A model generated the notes under the pieces. The model did not search any database and was not told where the DNA came from. It was given only the letters and a program-made list of their open reading frames with translations. The position numbers were made by a program, and so were the translations under genes. Positions 58,812-64,000 of a stretch of DNA of 64,000 nt are shown in pieces; the first letter of the stretch is position 1, and the number at the start of each line of letters is the position of its first letter. The DNA is from Tepidisphaera sp. (GTDB taxonomy: Bacteria > Planctomycetota > Phycisphaerae > Phycisphaerales > UBA1924), in NCBI GenBank assembly GCA_050916045.1, contig CP051526.1, forward strand, positions 2,976,001 through 3,040,000, given 5' to 3'.

Positions 58812-59972
58812 TTACCCGAGCTTCTTGAGACGCATCATGAGCTCGTCGGCGTTGGGGGTGGCTTCCATCGCGACCTTCATATGGATGTACTCGCGTTCGA
58901 CCAGATCGACCAGCGAGCCGTTGAAGTCGGTCATGCCGACCTGACGGGCTTCGATCGACTTGATGTACTCGCGGAGTTCACCCTCGCGGGCTTCGAGAAT
59001 GTGCTTGCGCACGACCGAGTTGTTGATCAGGATCTCAAGGCCCGGGATGCGGTGGATATTCGGGTGAAGCGTCGGCAGGAGCTTCTGGTACACGAACGAC
59101 CGCATCTGGTAGCCGAGGATTCGGCGGACCTGCTCGACCTCTTCCGACTCGAACAGGCCGTAAATACGGCTGAAGGTCTGGGTCGTCGACGAAGCGTGGA
59201 TGGTTCCGTACACCAAGTGGCCGGTTTCGGCGGCGTGGAGAGCGGCTTCGAACGTCTCGTTGTCTCGCATTTCGCCGACGAGGACGACGTCGGGGTTTTC
59301 GCGGACGAGAGCGCGGAGAGCGATCTTGAAGTCCAGGCAGTCGATGCCGATCTCGCGCTGGTTGATCGTGGCTTTGCGGTCCTGGAAGATGTACTCGATG
59401 GGGTCTTCGATGGTGACGATGTGGACGGGCTTGCGCTCGTTCACGTAGTCGAGCATGGCCGCGATGGTCGTCGACTTACCCGAGCCGGTCACACCGGAGA
59501 GGAGCACGATCCCCTGCGGCTGCATGGCGATCTCGGCCATGATCGGCGGGAGGTAAAGCTCATCGAACCGGCGGATCTTGGACGTGATGAGTCGCAGAGC
59601 GGCCGAGAGCTTGCCACGGGCCTGGAAGAGGTTGACGCGGAAGCGGTTGTGGTCGTCGTAGTCGTACGCGAAGTCGACCGAGCCGTACTTGTGGAGGTCG
59701 GCGAGCTGTTCCTCATCCAGGATCACCTTGGTGATGTTGAGGAACTCGTCCGCCGTCAGGACCTCCATCTCCAGGGCCCGCAGGGCACCGCGGATACGGA
59801 GGCGGGGGGCGGCGCCGGACTTCAAGATCAAGTCCGAAGCGTCAAGCTTGATACAGGCTTGGAGGAACTTGCCCCAGCGGGTGGCGTGCGGGTCGCGTTT
59901 CTTGCCGACCTCGAGGGAGACATGGCCGGCGACGGCGACGGTTTTGGTTTCGGTGTCGAGACTCATGGTCAT
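58812..59972 (-). CDS. pilT: PilT/PilU family type IV pilus retraction ATPase
   Basis: RFRVNLF, GVTGSGKSTT, TIEDPIEY, NPDVVLVGEMRD, AAETGHLVYGTIH. Confidence 0.93.
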   Translation of the reverse strand: MTMSLDTETKTVAVAGHVSLEVGKKRDPHATRWGKFLQACIKLDASDLILKSGAAPRLRIRGALRALEMEVLTADEFLNITKVILDEEQLADLHKYGSVDFAYDYDDHNRFRVNLFQARGKLSAALRLITSKIRRFDELYLPPIMAEIAMQPQGIVLLSGVTGSGKSTTIAAMLDYVNERKPVHIVTIEDPIEYIFQDRKATINQREIGIDCLDFKIALRALVRENPDVVLVGEMRDNETFEAALHAAETGHLVYGTIHASSTTQTFSRIYGLFESEEVEQVRRILGYQMRSFVYQKLLPTLHPNIHRIPGLEILINNSVVRKHILEAREGELREYIKSIEARQVGMTDFNGSLVDLVEREYIHMKVAMEATPNADELMMRLKKLG

Positions 59973-60264
59973 CGGAGCGGACCTTTCCGGACGGGGGAGG
60001 CGGGGGGTGGGGAGGCGAACGGATTCCGAGCGACAACAGACGGACCCAAGCCGCCTAGGGCCCATTCGCACCGGGGCCCGAACGGTTGCCGGGTCCAGAG
60101 CGGATTGAGGCCCGGGGAGCCCGGGGGAAGGGGCAGTATATTGATCTTGCCGGTCCCGTGCCGGGCCTGTCGGTTGGCGGCTCTGAGCGGTCGGCGGGAA
60201 GGGCCAAGCGAGGCCTCCCCGCGGGTGTGCCCCCCTCTTGGCACCCCCCACCGCCCGCCTCTCG

Positions 60265-61032
60265 TCACCGACTCGACCCAGCACCCTCCCGCTCGGGACC
60301 AGCCTCGATGATGGAGCGGCGACGGGCCGCGAGGGACAGGCTCGCGAGGGCGACCCACGCGGTGGATGGGGTCGGGACCAACGTCAACGTCGCGGTCACC
60401 GAGCCGCTTCCGGTTGAGATACCGCCCCCGTAGAAATCGGTGTACCACGGGAACGCCCGGAGGCGGAACTCGTAGGTGCCGATCGCCAAGGTCTGAGACC
60501 ATGTCGCCGGTCGCCACTCGATCACGTTCTGCGGCCAGAGGATCGGCGAGCCGTCCCTGTAGATGTTGAACACTTCCGTGCCGGACTCAAGATGAGTCAG
60601 GGAGAGCACGATGTTGCCGTCCGCCGCACCAAGGCCGGAGGGGGAGATCTGCCCGCGGTACTCGAGCATCGCCGAAGCGGGCTCGCCGGCGACCTCGAAT
60701 CTCGCCATCATCGCGGTCGAACGCCTCCGAATCGAATCCCCGTTCACGCTGCTTCGATAGTCGCCGTTCAAGGTTCCGCCGATGAGGGTGTCCGACGCGA
60801 ATCCGGTGTGACGGAACCGGTGCGGGAGCGTGATGTCCCAGTCCCCGGCTCCGGAGAACGATGCGAACTCGTCGTGACGGACCTGGTCGGGGAAGAACAG
60901 GCTCGTTTTCCGATCGCGGATCTCGCTTTCGCGCGAGAGAAGGCGGACATCCGCCCGGCCGATCGAAACCGGGCCGACGGCGAGGCCGACCGCGAGCATC
61001 AACAACGACCTTGCCCAGATGCGCTGTTCCAT
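60265..61032 (-). CDS. Secreted protein with PEP-CTERM-like tail
   Basis: Signal peptide; tail VPTPSTAWVALASLSLAARRR. Confidence 0.78.
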   Translation of the reverse strand: MEQRIWARSLLMLAVGLAVGPVSIGRADVRLLSRESEIRDRKTSLFFPDQVRHDEFASFSGAGDWDITLPHRFRHTGFASDTLIGGTLNGDYRSSVNGDSIRRRSTAMMARFEVAGEPASAMLEYRGQISPSGLGAADGNIVLSLTHLESGTEVFNIYRDGSPILWPQNVIEWRPATWSQTLAIGTYEFRLRAFPWYTDFYGGGISTGSGSVTATLTLVPTPSTAWVALASLSLAARRRSIIEAGPEREGAGSSR

Positions 61033-61151
61033 TCGGGCACGTTACCACTCTTTTCACCGAGACGCAAGACCGAAGTGTTCGGCGTCAACGCGTTGGGAGT
61101 TCCCGCCACGGCATGGGGCCTTGGATAAACTCGGAACTTGAGGAGTTTCCA

Positions 61152-62069
61152 ATGCCTGTAGTCGTGCCGCCCTACCAGCAATTCATGCTTCCCGTGCTGC
61201 GATCGCTCGCCGATGGCATCGAGAGACGACTCAGCCAAGTCGCCGAGCGAACCGCAGGAGCGATGGGTCTTTCAGAGGAACAGAAAGGGCTCACCATCCC
61301 GAGCGGGCAGGAGATGTGGTACAACCGGCTGAGCTGGGCCGCAATCTACCTGAACCGTGCGGGCCTCGTTGTGCGTCCCCGCAAGGGCGTCTACAAGCTT
61401 ACGTCGCTCGGGGTGCAGGTCCTTGGTCAGAATCCGCCCGAGATCAACAACACGTTCTTGATGCAGTTCGAGGGATTTCGCGAATTCTTGGAGAGGGGTG
61501 CCTCTGACCCGGCGGCTTCGAGTCCGACCAGTGTTTCTGAATCCGCTGTGGTCCAGTCGCCAGACGAGCAGCTGGACTCCGCTTTCAAGAAGCTTCAGTC
61601 CGCTCTTGCCGCGGAACTGCTCGATCGCGTCAGATCCGGATCGCCGAAGTTCTTCGAACAGGTCGTGGTGGACCTGCTTATGGCGATGGGTTATGGCGGC
61701 GAACGGGAGGGCGCGGGGACGGTGACGGGCCGCACCGGCGACGGCGGCATCGACGGCACGATCAATCAGGACAGACTCGGTCTCGACATTGTCTACGTTC
61801 AGGCCAAGCGATGGGCCGACTCGGTTGGCGAAGACCCCGTCCGTAGCTTTGCCGGCGCTCTCGGGGTTCATCGCGCGTCTAAGGGCGTTTTCGTCACCAC
61901 ATCAAAGTTCACGATCGCTGCCCGTGACTTTGCCAAGATGAGCGACAAGCGCATCATCCTAATCGACGGACAGCGACTGGCCGAACTCATGATCGAGCAT
62001 GGGATCGGCGTCTCTCCGGTGCGCAAGCTCGTCATCAGCGAGATTGATAGCGATTACTTCGAAGAATAG
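61152..62069 (+). CDS. mrr: Mrr family type IV restriction endonuclease
   Basis: PYQQFMLPVL, NRLSWA..YL, FFEQVVVDLL..MGYG, DGGIDG, YVQAKR, KGVFVTTS, LIDG; GAGGAG SD. Confidence 0.96.
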   Translation: MPVVVPPYQQFMLPVLRSLADGIERRLSQVAERTAGAMGLSEEQKGLTIPSGQEMWYNRLSWAAIYLNRAGLVVRPRKGVYKLTSLGVQVLGQNPPEINNTFLMQFEGFREFLERGASDPAASSPTSVSESAVVQSPDEQLDSAFKKLQSALAAELLDRVRSGSPKFFEQVVVDLLMAMGYGGEREGAGTVTGRTGDGGIDGTINQDRLGLDIVYVQAKRWADSVGEDPVRSFAGALGVHRASKGVFVTTSKFTIAARDFAKMSDKRIILIDGQRLAELMIEHGIGVSPVRKLVISEIDSDYFEE

Positions 62070-62226
62070 TGGCTGATCCGCCGATCAACACCACTCGTGC
62101 CGCTATCTCGGTGGCCTGCGAGCTACGAGTCGAACCGAGCGTGCGCGGGGATCTCGCGTGCCGCCGAACCCTCCACTTCGGAAAGTGATGGATGGGCAGC
62201 GGGGCGTTGTGCCTTCGGAAGCACAA

Positions 62227-62250
62227 CCCTTGCTGGCGCTGCGGGCTCGT
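62227..62250 (+). repeat. REP-like dispersed 24-bp element, intergenic copy
   Basis: CCCTTGCTGGCGCTGCGGGCTCGT; identity with 18534-18559 extends to 26 bp. Confidence 0.9.
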
Positions 62251-62279
62251 GTGTGTGGAGGGAGCGGGGGGTGTGGGGG

Positions 62280-62870
62280 TCAGCTTCCGGGGAAGATCTC
62301 ATCGCCGCGGGTGCGTTCGCCTCGGGCGGTTTGGACCCGGGGGAGTTCGCTGCCGTCGGTGCCGACGCTGGCTCGGTCGTCGTCGGTCTTGCCCTTGCCG
62401 GTCAGGAGGTGGTCGATGGCTTCGCGGACTGCGCCGCAGCCGCCGTCCTTGTGCGTGATGAACGCCGAGAGCCGCTTGATCCCCTGGTCGGCGTCGTTGA
62501 CTGTGATCGCGTAGCCGACCCGCTTCATGACCGAAGCGTCAGGCCAGTCATCGCCCATGTACGCGACCTGCGCGAGCGTGAGGCCGGTGCGGTCGAGAAT
62601 CTCGCTCAGGCACTGCTGCTTGTCCTTGACGCCCTGGTAGACCATCGTGACGCCGAGCTCATCCATGCGGCGCTGGGTGGTCATGCTCTGGCGGCCGGAA
62701 ATGATCGCGAGCTGGTAGCCAAGCTTCATCCAGATCTTGATGCCCAGGCCGTCGCGGACGTGGAACCGCTTCATCTCGTACCCGTCCTGGCCGACCCAGA
62801 TCGAGCCGTCGGTGAGCACGCCATCGACATCGAGAATCAGAAGCTGGATCGCACGAGGATTGGACGCCAT
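62280..62870 (-). CDS. kdsC: 3-deoxy-D-manno-octulosonate 8-phosphate phosphatase (HAD family)
   Basis: LDVDGVLTDG, FHVRDGLGI, ISGR, AYMGDDWPD, GGCGAVRE. Confidence 0.93.
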   Translation of the reverse strand: MASNPRAIQLLILDVDGVLTDGSIWVGQDGYEMKRFHVRDGLGIKIWMKLGYQLAIISGRQSMTTQRRMDELGVTMVYQGVKDKQQCLSEILDRTGLTLAQVAYMGDDWPDASVMKRVGYAITVNDADQGIKRLSAFITHKDGGCGAVREAIDHLLTGKGKTDDDRASVGTDGSELPRVQTARGERTRGDEIFPGS

Positions 62871-62968
62871 TTTGAGACCCCTTCGAGAAGTCGCCCCGGG
62901 AAGATAGGAACACCTACGCGGCCCCAAGGCCGCGGGATGCAGCACACGCCAGAGAATCGTACCGCCGA

Positions 62969-64000
62969 TCAGCAGCCGGACTCGAAAGCCTGCACAAAGT
63001 CCGCGTAGTCGAAGAGGTCGACGAACCCGTCGGCGTTGACGTCGGCCGAACGGCTCACCGGGCACTCGCCGGCTTCGTAGCACGCGACGAACGCCGCGTA
63101 GTCGAAGAAGTCGATGAAGCAGTCCTCGACGAAGTCGGCCGGGCAAGGACCCCAGCGGAACGCGTGCCAGCGGCGCTCGGCGTCCCGATAGGAGCCCACA
63201 GCGGCCCGGCCGTCCGCCGAGGTCACGGAGGCTATCGCCGAAAGCCCGGTCGTCGGCCCGATCCCCCGCGTGCTCGACGCGGACGACCAGCGGTAGGCGC
63301 GATCCTTGTTGTCAGGAAAGCTGAAGTAACGGCCGACAATGGTGCTGCCGTCGTCCGAGACGCCGTAGTCGTAGACGAAGTTCCCGCCGACACCCAAGCC
63401 GATCATCCCGTCCTGCTCGCTCCAACGGAATGTCTCGTAACGGGCGGAGTCGTTCAGTCCGACGGCGACGATGGTGCTTCCATCGGCCGAGACCTCGTAA
63501 GCGATGGGCCCGCTGCTGATGAGGGAGCCGATGCTTTGCATGCCCGTCTGCGCGGTCCAACGGAACGGCCAAACTCTGCCGCTGGCATCGGTCGACCATC
63601 CGACGATGACGCTCCCGTCCGCGGAAACCGCGTGGGCTTCGCTCTCCGCTCCGCCGAGGGTGCCGAGATTCTGCAGTCCGTCGGCGGGCGTCCATCGGAA
63701 CGCGCGGAACCGATCGGATGCGTTGAGGGCTCTTCCGACGACGACGTTGCCGTCCTCCGAGACATCTTCCGCGACCGCACGTCCACCGCCGAAGGTGCCA
63801 AGATCGACGATTCCGGTGGCTTGCGTCCAGCGGAACGCTCGGTACTGATTGGACAGGTTCTCGGAGTATCCGACGATCACGGAGCCGTCGGCGGAGATCG
63901 CGGAGGCTCGCGTCGGCGAAGCTCCGAAACTACCGATATCCTGAAAGCCGCTCGAATCCGTCCACCGGAAGACCCTGTCCACCGTCGGGCGGATCTTCGC
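62969..64000 (-). CDS. HAF-repeat extracellular protein with C-terminal GC-type dockerin domain (5' end outside the window)
   Basis: Repeats A(I/V)SADGSVIVG..AFRWT..LGTLGG; tail CPADF..DFFDY..ADVNADGFVDLFDYADFVQAFESGC. Confidence 0.9.
   Translation of the reverse strand, partial: AKIRPTVDRVFRWTDSSGFQDIGSFGASPTRASAISADGSVIVGYSENLSNQYRAFRWTQATGIVDLGTFGGGRAVAEDVSEDGNVVVGRALNASDRFRAFRWTPADGLQNLGTLGGAESEAHAVSADGSVIVGWSTDASGRVWPFRWTAQTGMQSIGSLISSGPIAYEVSADGSTIVAVGLNDSARYETFRWSEQDGMIGLGVGGNFVYDYGVSDDGSTIVGRYFSFPDNKDRAYRWSSASSTRGIGPTTGLSAIASVTSADGRAAVGSYRDAERRWHAFRWGPCPADFVEDCFIDFFDYAAFVACYEAGECPVSRSADVNADGFVDLFDYADFVQAFESGC

Noticed and set aside
56691..60311. 1206-aa plus-strand ORF (likewise 13911-16157, 17102-19276, 6302-8389, 11996-13774, 34004-35578)
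   Set aside because: Antisense shadows of well-supported genes, expected in high-GC DNA; no recognisable motifs.
60265..60320. Extension after the RRR of the PEP-CTERM-like tail, suggesting a lost stop codon
   Set aside because: Only about 16 extra residues; cannot be told from natural variation.

Overview
High-GC bacterial chromosome segment, almost certainly Planctomycetota (Phycisphaerales-like). This rests on three proteins with C-terminal GC-type dockerin tails, PEP-CTERM-like tails, and a murC-murB-ddl-ftsQ-like block with no ftsA/ftsZ. About 60 CDSs, mostly housekeeping: aat, accD, amtB-glnK, pdhA, PhoH, prfA, mraZ, truD, nfeD-nfeD-floA, murC/murB/ddl, greA, rbsK, ABC transporters, pilT, kdsC, mrr. 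No tRNA, rRNA, CRISPR or transposase was seen. Most notable: (1) a secreted papain-like/dockerin protein with short internal segments matching unrelated conserved proteins (DUF1559 prepilin helix, EF-Tu, FG-GAP loop); (2) a ~550-nt structured region after an orphan mraZ with six GGA-loop hairpins and a terminator, a candidate CsrB/Rsm-like sponge RNA; (3) a dispersed 24-bp REP-like element, including in-frame copies inside a gene; (4) a palindromic 21-bp tandem array; (5) a low-GC operon for a 14-Cys secreted protein behind a G-tract promoter; (6) a pervasive leaderless-promoter signature; (7) several apparent pseudoenzymes. All calls are by eye; no database searches were run.
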